Origin: Candidatus Lustribacter sp.
Lineage (GTDB): Bacteria; Vulcanimicrobiota; Vulcanimicrobiia; Vulcanimicrobiales; Vulcanimicrobiaceae
Length of the DNA: 64,000 nt
NCBI GenBank assembly: GCA_965277805.1
Contig: OZ255842.1
Span: 2,336,001 to 2,400,000 of the forward strand
Direction of reading: 5' to 3'
A program made the translations under genes and the position numbers. The notes under the pieces were generated by a model, which was not told the origin of the DNA, did no database searches, and worked only from the letters and a program-made list of their open reading frames with translations. Shown in pieces: positions 19,269 through 28,657 of the stretch; position 1 is the stretch's first letter, and every line of letters begins with the position of its first letter.

Positions 19269-20407
19269 TTGGGTTCGAGTTCGTCCGTCAAGTGGAATTG
19301 AGTCAGCGGTTTGCCCTCGGCCAAGGCCGCCAACTCGCGCCGCCAAAGCTTGCGGAAATGCGCCTCCGCGATGTCGGAGCTCCCCAAATGCTCGTCTTCG
19401 CGCGTCGAGACCGGCCCCTGCGCAACCTGAGCGACGTAATCCTCAACCGCTTCGATGTGCGTGCGATCCTTGATATCGCGCAGGCGCAACGTCCCCGCCA
19501 GCACCTGTTCGGCCAGCACCGGAATCACCGAGCGGTCGTAAAAACTCGCCGTACGCCCCGCAAGAATCTTCTCCGCCGCTTCACCCGTAACCGGAATCAG
19601 TGTGACGCGGTACGTCACGTGGCTCTCATCGTCGATCGGCACCCGGAACGAAACGTGCAGCGAATGTGCGACGCCCTTTGCCATGTTGATCGCCCGCGGC
19701 ACGATGTATCCGACGTTGGGCATGATCTTGTGCGCGACGTTTTCCTTGGCGTCGTTCGGCCAGCGCGAATACGCGGTATGCCCCCACGGCGTATCTTCAA
19801 CCCGCACTTCGGGCACACCGGTGATGCCCTTCTCCTCCATCAGGTCCCGATGGACGAAGCTGAAGTGCAGCGCGGAATTCTCGAGCGAGAAGAAATAGTT
19901 CGCCGGCATCACGTCGACCGTCACGTCGCGAATGCCATCCCGCTCCATCGCCTTGAAGCGCCACATCGGCGGCGGCTCGCCCTCGCCGAAATAGACGAAG
20001 ATCAAGCCCAGGTATTCTTCGGTCGGATATCCGTCGATGTTCAGCGCCGGCGTCGCGCGCGCTTTTTCCGACGGTCGCTCGATCACTTGACCCTTCGGAT
20101 CGAACACCCAGCCGTGATAGAAACAGCGGATGCAGCTGCCTTCGACAAAGCCGACGCTCAGTTGGGCTCCGCGATGCGAACAGCGGAAGCCGACCGCATG
20201 CGCGACGCCGTCTTCATCGCGGTAGAGCGTGAAGTCTTGGCTCATGATCTTCACGGGCTTGGCATCGCCCGTCTCGAGATCTTCCGAACGGTACACCGGC
20301 TGCCAGAAGGTGCGCATGTAACGCCCCGCGATCGTCCCGGGCGCGGTATGCACGAATGCGTTCTTGTGAACGCGGACTTCCTCGGTCGAGTGGAGCTCGA
20401 TAGCCAT
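19265..20407 (-). CDS. Rieske oxygenase alpha subunit with an atypical mononuclear-iron motif
   Basis: CSHR...CFYHGW; ENSALHFSFVH; VEDY. Confidence 0.88.
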   Translation of the reverse strand: MAIELHSTEEVRVHKNAFVHTAPGTIAGRYMRTFWQPVYRSEDLETGDAKPVKIMSQDFTLYRDEDGVAHAVGFRCSHRGAQLSVGFVEGSCIRCFYHGWVFDPKGQVIERPSEKARATPALNIDGYPTEEYLGLIFVYFGEGEPPPMWRFKAMERDGIRDVTVDVMPANYFFSLENSALHFSFVHRDLMEEKGITGVPEVRVEDTPWGHTAYSRWPNDAKENVAHKIMPNVGYIVPRAINMAKGVAHSLHVSFRVPIDDESHVTYRVTLIPVTGEAAEKILAGRTASFYDRSVIPVLAEQVLAGTLRLRDIKDRTHIEAVEDYVAQVAQGPVSTREDEHLGSSDIAEAHFRKLWRRELAALAEGKPLTQFHLTDELEPK

Positions 20408-20410
20408 TGG

Positions 20411-21529
20411 TTACGATTTCCCCGCAAGTTCGAGCGTGGTGACGTGTTCGGCGCCGTAATACGCGCCGCTGAAGCCGCATGATTTCAGGACAACCGCATC
20501 AGCGATATCGCGCAAGAACTTGATGTCCTTTTGCGGCCGCCCGGTTTCGTAGCCCGGATCGTGAAAGTACCCGCGTTCGAGCAGCTCTGCCCGCACGCGT
20601 TCGTAACGCTCGCGATCGTCCGGCGAGAGCCCGAAGTCGTAGCCGTGCGCGGCAGCGGTCACGTTTGCCAGCGCCAGCATCTGCGCGGACATGTGAATGT
20701 CGCGCACGTTGTACGAGCACACGATCAGGTCGACGACGCGCCGCAGCGGGAAGGCTCCTTCTTGGCTCGCGCGCAGCGCGCTTGCGAGCATCGCAAAGGC
20801 CTTCGCTTTCGTCTCAACCGCGACGCCGGTGAACGGGCTATGCGGCGACCAGCCGACCCGCGGCGTCCAGCGCCGGTGCTCGGTCTCGATGAGGCCTCCG
20901 GCGGCATCGTACCGCTCGACGCAGACAACGGCCGTCTCGACGCCCTCAACAAATCCAAGCGAACGGGCGATGTCCGCGATCTCGGAATGCGGGAGATTTC
21001 CGCTCGCAACCATCGCCATGCGCTTGTCGTGATGATTTGCAACGTCGTGCGTCAGCGCGTGCACGATCGCGTCGTTGCCGGCAACCCTCGCGGATCCCGA
21101 CCACGCAGCGCCGGCAAATACGATGCGCGTGAGGGCAATCGTCCCCTTCGCGCTGCGGTTCAGCAGCAGCGAACCGTCGAAGAGCACCTCGCCCGCCGTC
21201 TGCGGCAACCCGCCGTAGCCTTTGACCGCCTCCCAACGTCCGTCGAGCGAGCGGATACGTGCCGGACCGGCCGGCCGCTTCGCAAACGCCGCGTCATCCT
21301 TCGGCACGAAACGCACCGAGATCGACGTCGGCGAGAGCACGACCGATGCGTTGCCGGCCGTACTCCATACCGGCGTCGCACGGCTCTCCGGAGCGACGTT
21401 GTCCTCGCGCGTGAACGTCGTATCGACGGGCTTAGAGGTGAAAACCTCGAGTTGCGCTGCACCGTCCAAGGCAGCGCGTTCTTCGACCGCGCGACCCGCG
21501 ATGCCGGTAGAAACTACATCCTGTGACAC
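20411..21529 (-). CDS. Uncharacterised protein, putative ApeA/HEPN-fold derivative (paralog B)
   Basis: 372 aa; motif-level identity with 12586-13689; stop is 3 nt before the Rieske start. Confidence 0.8.
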   Translation of the reverse strand: MSQDVVSTGIAGRAVEERAALDGAAQLEVFTSKPVDTTFTREDNVAPESRATPVWSTAGNASVVLSPTSISVRFVPKDDAAFAKRPAGPARIRSLDGRWEAVKGYGGLPQTAGEVLFDGSLLLNRSAKGTIALTRIVFAGAAWSGSARVAGNDAIVHALTHDVANHHDKRMAMVASGNLPHSEIADIARSLGFVEGVETAVVCVERYDAAGGLIETEHRRWTPRVGWSPHSPFTGVAVETKAKAFAMLASALRASQEGAFPLRRVVDLIVCSYNVRDIHMSAQMLALANVTAAAHGYDFGLSPDDRERYERVRAELLERGYFHDPGYETGRPQKDIKFLRDIADAVVLKSCGFSGAYYGAEHVTTLELAGKS

Positions 21530-21553
21530 GCGCCTAGTCTAGCACCGGGCCCC

Positions 21554-22549
21554 TCAGAGCGCCAGGGTCGCCGCCGCGAACAGCTCCTCGGCATCGACGC
21601 GCCGGCTCGTGATGTGCTGTTCGTGCAGGTAGCGCAGCAGCGTATCCAGTTCTTTGCGCGACCGGCGCACGCTGTATGGCCACGGATCGACCGCGACGGC
21701 ATCGCGCACGCTCTTCGCGACGATCCCGGCACCGACGTACGGGCCGAGCCCGTCGACCAAGCGTCGCAGCACGCGCTCCGTTGCGGCATTGAACGCATCG
21801 ACGATGTTCAACGCCGCCCACGGGTAACGCTCGAGCACCGAGCGGCGCACCACGACGGTATGGTTCACCGGATACATGCCGGTCGCCGCGTGATAACGGA
21901 TCGCTTCCGCTGCAACGTCCGGATAGAGCGTGCGCACGCGCGAATCGGCGTGCAAATCGGCGCGGCTGCGGTCGACCAGATTGCGCGCGGTGATGTAGTG
22001 AAAGAGCACGTCGAGTTCGCCGTCGAGCAGCATCCGGTCGAGGCTCTTGTCCGGCGCGAGAAACGAAAAGCGCAGATCCGCCGGTGGAACGAAACCGAGT
22101 GCGCCGCCGAGCGAGCGATCCGCCTCGCGTTCCATCACCCACGTCAGGTCGCTCGGCTGCACGCCGTATTCATCCGCGAGCACGCCCCGCGCCCACACCA
22201 CCGAGGTTTGAATGTAATCCGGCACGCCCGCGCGCATACCGCGCAGATCGGCCGGCGTTTGGATTCCGGCATCGGCCCGCACCAGCAACTGCGTGTGATA
22301 GAACCGGCGCAACGTGAATACCGGCAGGGCGACCCAATCGGATTTTCCGTCGGCCACGAGGCACGAGAGCGCCGAGAGTGACATCTCCGAGACGTCGAAC
22401 TCGCCGAACTCGAGTTGCCGCCAGAACATTTCGGCAGATTCCATCGGGCTTAGTCGCAGCGTGATGCCGGCAGGAGCAACGCTGCCGTCGAGCAGCGGCC
22501 GCGTCCGTTCGTTCACCGTGAACGCCGCCGAGAGCTCGATGTTGCTCAA
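21554..22549 (-). CDS. 4,5-dihydroxyphthalate decarboxylase-like protein (PhtD/OphC family)
   Basis: RTRPLLDG, EMFWRQL, EFDVSEMSLS, LPVF, GVPDY.QT..VWARG and YPVNHTVV. Confidence 0.8.
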   Translation of the reverse strand: MSNIELSAAFTVNERTRPLLDGSVAPAGITLRLSPMESAEMFWRQLEFGEFDVSEMSLSALSCLVADGKSDWVALPVFTLRRFYHTQLLVRADAGIQTPADLRGMRAGVPDYIQTSVVWARGVLADEYGVQPSDLTWVMEREADRSLGGALGFVPPADLRFSFLAPDKSLDRMLLDGELDVLFHYITARNLVDRSRADLHADSRVRTLYPDVAAEAIRYHAATGMYPVNHTVVVRRSVLERYPWAALNIVDAFNAATERVLRRLVDGLGPYVGAGIVAKSVRDAVAVDPWPYSVRRSRKELDTLLRYLHEQHITSRRVDAEELFAAATLAL

Positions 22550-23526
22550 CGTCCGGCGTCCCGCAGGTACGTCGCGTCGAAAACATCACCGATCGGCGGT
22601 ACGGTCGTGATCGCACCGGCCGCGCGAATGTCTTCACCCATCGCGAGAAAATCGCGGCTGAGGTTAACGCGGTCGTTGATGTCGAACACGTGCAGTTGGG
22701 TGAAGTCGAGGTCGTAGGCCTTCGCCGCCGTCGTCGCCGCGATGTTCGTGGCCGTCACGAGCGCCGCGACGGTTTCGGCCTTGTGCGTGTACCCGAACTG
22801 CACCGCGCGCTTGAGCGCCCGCACGAAATGCACCACAGCGGCGCGGTTCGCAGCCGCCCACTTCGTGTTCACGGCAAATGCGGTATCGGCCCACGGCGTC
22901 AACGTTTTGGCTCCGCTATCGAGCCGGTGGAAGCCCTTCTCTTCGGCCAGAATGTCGAACGGCTGCGAGAGCACGGTCGCCTGCACCGTGCCGGACATCA
23001 GCGCATCGAAGCGGGAGCTGCTGCTGGCCGAGGTGTAGACCGTGAAGTCGCTGCGCTGCAGCTGGTGCATCGCTGCCATTTTGAAGAACGAGAGCGAAGA
23101 GACGTCCTGCGGCGAGCCGAGCGTGACCGACTTTCCTTTCAGGTCGGGCCAACTATTTATACCCGCTGACACCAGCACCGTGTAGGGATTGGGACCAAAT
23201 TCAGGCGCCACGATCTTGATCGGTAACCCGTGCGCGACCGCGGCGATCTCGATGTCGCTCCCGTCGAGCCCGATGTTCGCATCGGACGTCGCAAGGACGT
23301 TGATCGTCGCCACGTTGCTCCCGCTTAGCACGGGCGTGACCTTCAGCCCCTCGTCGCTGAAGAAGTTCTGCGCGAGCGCGATGTACACGGGCCAATTACC
23401 GCTCCCCGGCGCGTTCATTGCCAGAGAAATGGGAACCGGCGTCTGCGTCTGCGCGTTCGCGCGTGCGACGAGCGATATCGTGCAGCATAGTGCAAGCGCG
23501 AACGAGCGAAATCCAAAGCGATCCAT
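22546..23526 (-). CDS. ABC substrate-binding protein, NMT1/SsuA-like
   Basis: Signal peptide; FFSDEGLKV and SWPDLKGKSV. Confidence 0.85.
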   Translation of the reverse strand: MDRFGFRSFALALCCTISLVARANAQTQTPVPISLAMNAPGSGNWPVYIALAQNFFSDEGLKVTPVLSGSNVATINVLATSDANIGLDGSDIEIAAVAHGLPIKIVAPEFGPNPYTVLVSAGINSWPDLKGKSVTLGSPQDVSSLSFFKMAAMHQLQRSDFTVYTSASSSSRFDALMSGTVQATVLSQPFDILAEEKGFHRLDSGAKTLTPWADTAFAVNTKWAAANRAAVVHFVRALKRAVQFGYTHKAETVAALVTATNIAATTAAKAYDLDFTQLHVFDINDRVNLSRDFLAMGEDIRAAGAITTVPPIGDVFDATYLRDAGR

Positions 23527-23561
23527 GGCGCTCGCCTACGCGGGGCGCCCGGCGAACTCCC

Positions 23562-24437
23562 CTAGACGCGCTCCGCGTGCGGAACCGCGACGTCACGCTC
23601 CCACGTACGATGCTGCGGATCGCGCACGTCGACGCTGAACGATCCGACCTGCTCGATCTCGATCGTCAGTTGGTCGCCGTCCATGATCGGGCCCAGCCCT
23701 TCGTGATGGGTACCGGTGGCAATGACGTCGCCCGGTTCGAGCGGCACAACCGCGGAGGCGGCTTCGATCAACTTCTCGATCGAGTTTGCCATCTCGGTCG
23801 TACGGAAATCGTGCTTGAGATTGCCGTTGACCCACTGCCGGATACGGAGATCCATCGGATTCGGCACCATGTCGGCCGTAACGAGGCCCGGCCCCATCGG
23901 GCCGAACGTCGCGAACGACTTGTGAATGTAGAAGCCCGAGCTCAGACCGCGCGCCGAGAAATCGATGAAGGCCGTGTAGCCGAACACGTACCGCATCGCG
24001 CCGGCGGCCGGCACGTTGTCGGCGCGCGTGCCGATCACGACCGCGAGTTCGGGCTCCGCATGAAACTCTTTCGCCTGATGCGCCGGCAGCACGATCGTAT
24101 CGCCGGCGCCGATAACCGAACCGCGCGCCTTCAGGAAGAAGTCCGGCGGAGCGTTGTTCTCACCGCGCCGTTCGCGTTCGTAATCGCGGTAATTGCGCGC
24201 CGCACACAGCAGCTGATCGGATTCCGGAACCGGCGCCCGCAAGCGCACCTCCGTAACCGGCACGCCGCCGCCGCCCGCAACGAGCGCATCGATCCGGCCG
24301 CGCAGCCCTTCGGCACGTTCGATGAAACTGCGCACGATCGCGAGCGGGCTCGCGCCCTCGACCAGGGCACTGATGTCGTACACGCGGTCGTTGACGCGGA
24401 CGCCCGGCACGTAGTCACCGAAGAACACGAACTCCAT
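23562..24437 (-). CDS. Fumarylacetoacetate hydrolase family protein
   Basis: ARNY, FFLK, HAEPELAVVIG, DFSAR, KSFATFGPMGP and GDVIATGT. Confidence 0.9.
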   Translation of the reverse strand: MEFVFFGDYVPGVRVNDRVYDISALVEGASPLAIVRSFIERAEGLRGRIDALVAGGGGVPVTEVRLRAPVPESDQLLCAARNYRDYERERRGENNAPPDFFLKARGSVIGAGDTIVLPAHQAKEFHAEPELAVVIGTRADNVPAAGAMRYVFGYTAFIDFSARGLSSGFYIHKSFATFGPMGPGLVTADMVPNPMDLRIRQWVNGNLKHDFRTTEMANSIEKLIEAASAVVPLEPGDVIATGTHHEGLGPIMDGDQLTIEIEQVGSFSVDVRDPQHRTWERDVAVPHAERV

Positions 24438-24442
24438 TGCGG

Positions 24443-25672
24443 TCAGCGCACTCCCACGCCGCTCGGTGCGGCAGCTTCGACGAGATGGTAGAGGTTGTTG
24501 GCGTTGTCGCGACCGACTTTGCGCGCGAGACCCGGCTTGTGCAGCGTGTTTTCCTCGAGCGTCGTCAGCGAACGCGGCCAGGTGGTCATGTGGTGCGGAA
24601 AATCACTGCCCCACATGTAGTTGTTCTCGCCGTAGACGTCCGATGCCAGCATCAGCGCGCGATCGTCCTCAAAGCCGAAGAACACGTTCTCGCGCAGATA
24701 CTCGCTGGGCCAGCGCTTGTTTACGGTCTTTTCCCGGTCGTCCGCGGAGACGCGGCCGAAGTCGTAATCGATCACCTGAACGGTTGATGCGGCATCCCAG
24801 ACTTGGAATTCCGCGAGACCGATTTTCAGCGTGGGGTAGCGATCGAAGACGCCCGAGAAGATCAAGTTGCTCGCCATCTCCCACGCCGGGTGCGGACCGT
24901 ACGCCGGACCGCTCATGCCGTTGATGATGTACTTGCGCGGATCGTATTCGCGCTTGCCGTCGCCGTGCGCCGTGACGGGACGCCCCTGGCTCGCGCCCGA
25001 GTGCGCGCTCAGCGGTATGCCGAGCTCGACCGCGGTCTGCCACAACGGCTCGTACTTCGGGTCCCAGTAGCCGCTGCCGCCGATCGTCGTCGGGATGTGC
25101 ACCGTTTTCACCCCGCGGCCCACGTATTCGCGCATGTCCTTGACCGCCAGGTCGATGTCGAGGACCGAAATCAACGGGGCCGGGAAGAGCCGCTTCGGCG
25201 CATGGGCCGCAAACGTGTCGATGATCCACTCGTTGTACGAGCGGAAGATTCCGCGCTGCAGCACCGGATCGTCCTGCAAGTAGTTGAAGCGCGTCGCACT
25301 CGAGTAGATGATCGACGCCTCGACGTTGTCGCGGTCCATCGCCTTGATGTATTCGGCCGGATCCCAGCCGCCGCGGTTGGTCTCGTAACGGAAATTCTCG
25401 CGGAACTCCTTGGCCTTGATGCTGAAGGTCTCCGGATCGCTCCAAATCGTGTTGTCGCGATGGCCGGGCTTGTCGACGACGTAACCCATCGAAAAGTACG
25501 CCGACCGCATTGGCGGGAGGCCTTCCTGAATGATCCAGAGGCCCGGCTGCAAACCCGGCGGATCGAGCACCACGTACGGTGCACGATCGCCGAATTCGCG
25601 TTGCGCCCGAACCCAGGCGTCGGGATGTTCGCCGATGTGGCTGTCGGCCGAGATCAGTTTGAAATCGAGCAT
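24443..25672 (-). CDS. Amidohydrolase family protein
   Basis: ISADSH, SGVFDRYPTL and MWGSDFPH. Confidence 0.88.
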   Translation of the reverse strand: MLDFKLISADSHIGEHPDAWVRAQREFGDRAPYVVLDPPGLQPGLWIIQEGLPPMRSAYFSMGYVVDKPGHRDNTIWSDPETFSIKAKEFRENFRYETNRGGWDPAEYIKAMDRDNVEASIIYSSATRFNYLQDDPVLQRGIFRSYNEWIIDTFAAHAPKRLFPAPLISVLDIDLAVKDMREYVGRGVKTVHIPTTIGGSGYWDPKYEPLWQTAVELGIPLSAHSGASQGRPVTAHGDGKREYDPRKYIINGMSGPAYGPHPAWEMASNLIFSGVFDRYPTLKIGLAEFQVWDAASTVQVIDYDFGRVSADDREKTVNKRWPSEYLRENVFFGFEDDRALMLASDVYGENNYMWGSDFPHHMTTWPRSLTTLEENTLHKPGLARKVGRDNANNLYHLVEAAAPSGVGVR

Positions 25673-25681
25673 AACGGTATC

Positions 25682-27016
25682 CTAGGCAGAGGCGGCCGCC
25701 GCATCGACGTCGGCAATGTCGGCCGTCATCGTGCGCGAGGCGATCCAGAAGAACAGCGCAGCGAAGAAGAAAAAGAAACTCGACGCGATCAAACCGTAGC
25801 GCAACGACTCTGCGCCCGCCGTCTTCGAGAACAGATCGCTGACGAAGCCGATAAACTGCTGGCCGAAGCCGACGCCGAAGAAGTTGAAGATCAACAGCCA
25901 GCACGCCGAGGCCGTCGCGCGTATCGACGGTAAGACGAGCGCTTGGAACGTGCTGAACGACGCGCCCAGGCAGAGCGAGTTGATCCCGCTGCCGATTGCG
26001 TAGAGCGCGATCGTCGCGCTCGCCGAGTACGACAGGAAGCCGATCGTCAGCAGAACGCCGGCGATGCAGGCCACGATCGCGGGCTGCCACAGATACCAGC
26101 GCTCGTCGTTGCGCGCGAGCCGGCGTACGAGATACCCGCCGGCCAGCGCGCCGATGCACGACAGCAAGCCGCTCGTCACGGCGAGCGTGGGACCGAGATT
26201 TTGCGGTTTCATCGCGTACGAGCGGATGAGGAACGACGGCATCCACGTGCCGATGCCGAAGCTGACGAAGCCGGTGCACGACTGCGCGATGACGAGCCAG
26301 CGGTACGTGCGGCTGTTCCAGAGCATCCGCACCGTCGCGCCGAACGTCGGCGCTACGCCCGTAACCGGCCGTTCGTCGGCGCCGCCGCGAACGGGTTCGC
26401 GCACGGTGAGGTACCAGATCCCCGCGAAAACCAAACCCGGGATACCGGCAACGAAGAACGCCGCTCGCCAGCCGTAGTGCCCGACCGTCCACCCGCCGAG
26501 CGCCAGCGCAACGAGGACGCCGGCCTGCGTCGCCATCGCCAAATATCCGAACGCGACCGGACGCTGTTTCTTCGGATAGTAATCGGCCAAGACCGAATAG
26601 AGCATCGGATTGCAGCCTGATTCACCAATCCCGACGCCGATGCGCGCGGAAAGAAACTGCACGAACGAGGTGGTCGCGCCCGAGAGCGTCGTCATCACGC
26701 TCCAGAACCCGAGCGACACCGCAAACACGCCGCGGCGCGACGTTGCATCGGCGAAACGTGCGATCGGAATCCCGAGCGTCGCGTAGAAAATCGCAAACGC
26801 GACGCCGCTCATGAACCCGAGTTGCGCATCGGTGAGGTGCATCTCGAGCTTGACCGGCTGCAGCACGAGGCCGATCATCTGCCGGTCCATGTAGCTGAAT
26901 CCGATGCCGATGCAGCACATGACCGCAACGAAGTTCCGGTAGGCGTCCGACGTTGCCCCGGAATGGGAAACGCCCACGGCGTCAGAGGGCCCGGGCATGG
27001 TGAGAGGTCGATCCAT
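25682..27016 (-). CDS. MFS transporter, spinster-like
   Basis: SYMDRQ, GIPIARFAD, ARIGVGIGES and YGWRAAF; GGAG RBS before ATG 27016. Confidence 0.88.
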   Translation of the reverse strand: MDRPLTMPGPSDAVGVSHSGATSDAYRNFVAVMCCIGIGFSYMDRQMIGLVLQPVKLEMHLTDAQLGFMSGVAFAIFYATLGIPIARFADATSRRGVFAVSLGFWSVMTTLSGATTSFVQFLSARIGVGIGESGCNPMLYSVLADYYPKKQRPVAFGYLAMATQAGVLVALALGGWTVGHYGWRAAFFVAGIPGLVFAGIWYLTVREPVRGGADERPVTGVAPTFGATVRMLWNSRTYRWLVIAQSCTGFVSFGIGTWMPSFLIRSYAMKPQNLGPTLAVTSGLLSCIGALAGGYLVRRLARNDERWYLWQPAIVACIAGVLLTIGFLSYSASATIALYAIGSGINSLCLGASFSTFQALVLPSIRATASACWLLIFNFFGVGFGQQFIGFVSDLFSKTAGAESLRYGLIASSFFFFFAALFFWIASRTMTADIADVDAAAASA

Positions 27017-27114
27017 GTCACGCTCCACGGCGAAAGCCCGCGCTGAACGGGCCGGTGCTTGCCGCGAGCCTAGCACGCCCGGAAGGCCGGACTCATTCCA
27101 TTTCCGCGGCAGAC

Positions 27115-27129
27115 ATTCCGCGGTGGAAT
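27115..27129. promoter_or_regulatory. Candidate LysR binding box ATTCC-N5-GGAAT
   Basis: Perfect 5-bp dyad fitting T-N11-A, about 50 nt upstream of a TAGGCT -10-like hexamer (27067-27072, minus strand) of the MFS operon. Confidence 0.55.
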
Positions 27130-27133
27130 ATTC

Positions 27134-28099
27134 TTACTCGCGCGAGGCCGGTTGTGGCGCGAAGTGCTCGAGCAGAAAGTTTCGGAAGCGGCGGGCCCGG
27201 GGCGAAAGCGGGATCGAACTTCGCCGAACCAGCGAAAACGGGTAGTCGAGGAAGTCCGCTTCGATCGGCAGCCGGACGAACGCGCCGCTGGCCAGCTCGT
27301 CGTGGACTGCCGTCTCGAACAGCATGCCGACCCCGAGGTTCCGGCTCACCATGTGTTTCACGCCCTCATAGGAGAGAAACTCGACGGTATTCTCGCGCGT
27401 GAAGCCCAACTGCTCGAGCCCTTCGAAGACTAGCGGCCACTCGCCGGCGATGGATTTCGAGATCAGCTTGTAGCTGGGCAACGCATCGGTCAGCCGCGCG
27501 CGCTTCTTCAACAGCGGGTGCGCCGGCGTAACGAACAAGACGAACCGGTCGGTGTAGAGCGTTTCGACGAGCAGATCGGGCGTCGGCTGCGCGTGGGTCA
27601 CGACCGCGAGATCGTAGCTGCCGCCCGCGAATATCTCGAGCGCCCCGCCGCGAAAGCGCACGTCGGTTTCGACGCGCTCGCCCGGGAACTGCTGCAAGTA
27701 CGATGCGATGACGTCGGGCAGCACGTAACTGCCGGGCGTTCCCGACGCGAGCAGCCGCACGGGCTGCGCTTCGCCGCTCAATCCCAGCGTGCACATTTGT
27801 TCGAGCGCGTCGTATTTCGCCAAGATCTCGTTCGCGAGGGCCGCCACGTCGCGGCCCGCGGGGGTGAGGCTCAGCCGTCGTCCGTCGTGCGTAACCAGCG
27901 GAATGCCGGAGCGCTGTTCGGCCGTGCGCAAGTGTTTGCTGATAGCCGGCTGCTCGAGCGAAAGGCGTTCCGCGACCTCGAGCTGGGTGCAGCCGTTCGC
28001 GAGGTGCACCAAGATCTGCAGATCCTTGATCGAGAAGGCGGCCGCGTGCCGATAGGGCCCCGAACCGTTGGCCATGGCGGGCGCGTTCTCGCTGAGCAC
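27134..28099 (-). CDS. LysR-family regulator with atypical HTH (third paralog)
   Basis: EQPAISK, LTPAGR and ASGTPGSYVLP; start uncertain (28099 or 28075). Confidence 0.85.
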   Translation of the reverse strand: MLSENAPAMANGSGPYRHAAAFSIKDLQILVHLANGCTQLEVAERLSLEQPAISKHLRTAEQRSGIPLVTHDGRRLSLTPAGRDVAALANEILAKYDALEQMCTLGLSGEAQPVRLLASGTPGSYVLPDVIASYLQQFPGERVETDVRFRGGALEIFAGGSYDLAVVTHAQPTPDLLVETLYTDRFVLFVTPAHPLLKKRARLTDALPSYKLISKSIAGEWPLVFEGLEQLGFTRENTVEFLSYEGVKHMVSRNLGVGMLFETAVHDELASGAFVRLPIEADFLDYPFSLVRRSSIPLSPRARRFRNFLLEHFAPQPASRE

Positions 28100-28131
28100 A
28101 CCGGCACCCCGCCCGGGCTCGGACGCGGCAC

Positions 28132-28623
28132 TTGCGCGAACTGCCCTATCCGGAGTGGCCGTTCGGAGGCGGGCACGTGTGCCCGACCATCACGGAAGAT
28201 GTAGCCGCCCGCCGCGATGAGGACGTGCAAATACTCGTTTCCGCGATGTTCGATGCCTGCCGCGATCTGTCGAACGCGCCGAACGGCCTGCTTCCCTATA
28301 CCGAGAAGTGCCTGGACGACCTCCGCAAGTATTCGCCGCTCGCGAGCGATGCCGAGATCGTGCGCCTCAATGAACGGCTAGCAGGTGAAATCGCGCCCTT
28401 TCCGGTACCGACAGCCGAGGGCATCGTCAATGCGCTTGCCGTGGTCACGACGCGATTTCCGGAGCTGTTGGAATACGACCCACTGATCGTGTGGGATCTC
28501 TCGTTCGCGCGTCAGTTAATGCGTGAACGCGGGCTGGTGGTTACCAAGCGAGCCGGTGACCCCACCGCGCCGAAGGTGCGCCCGGCAGGCGCTCTGAATG
28601 CGGACAATTCCCGGGCCAGGTAG
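28132..28623 (+). pseudogene. Probable 5'-truncated remnant of an SBP-fold gene
   Basis: Resembles only the C-terminal lobe (PVPTAEGIVNA...DPLIVWDLSF); in-frame stop at 28093-28095; no signal peptide or RBS. Confidence 0.4.
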
Positions 28624-28657
28624 CTCCGGCGAAAGAATGATCTTGAGGACTGGGACT

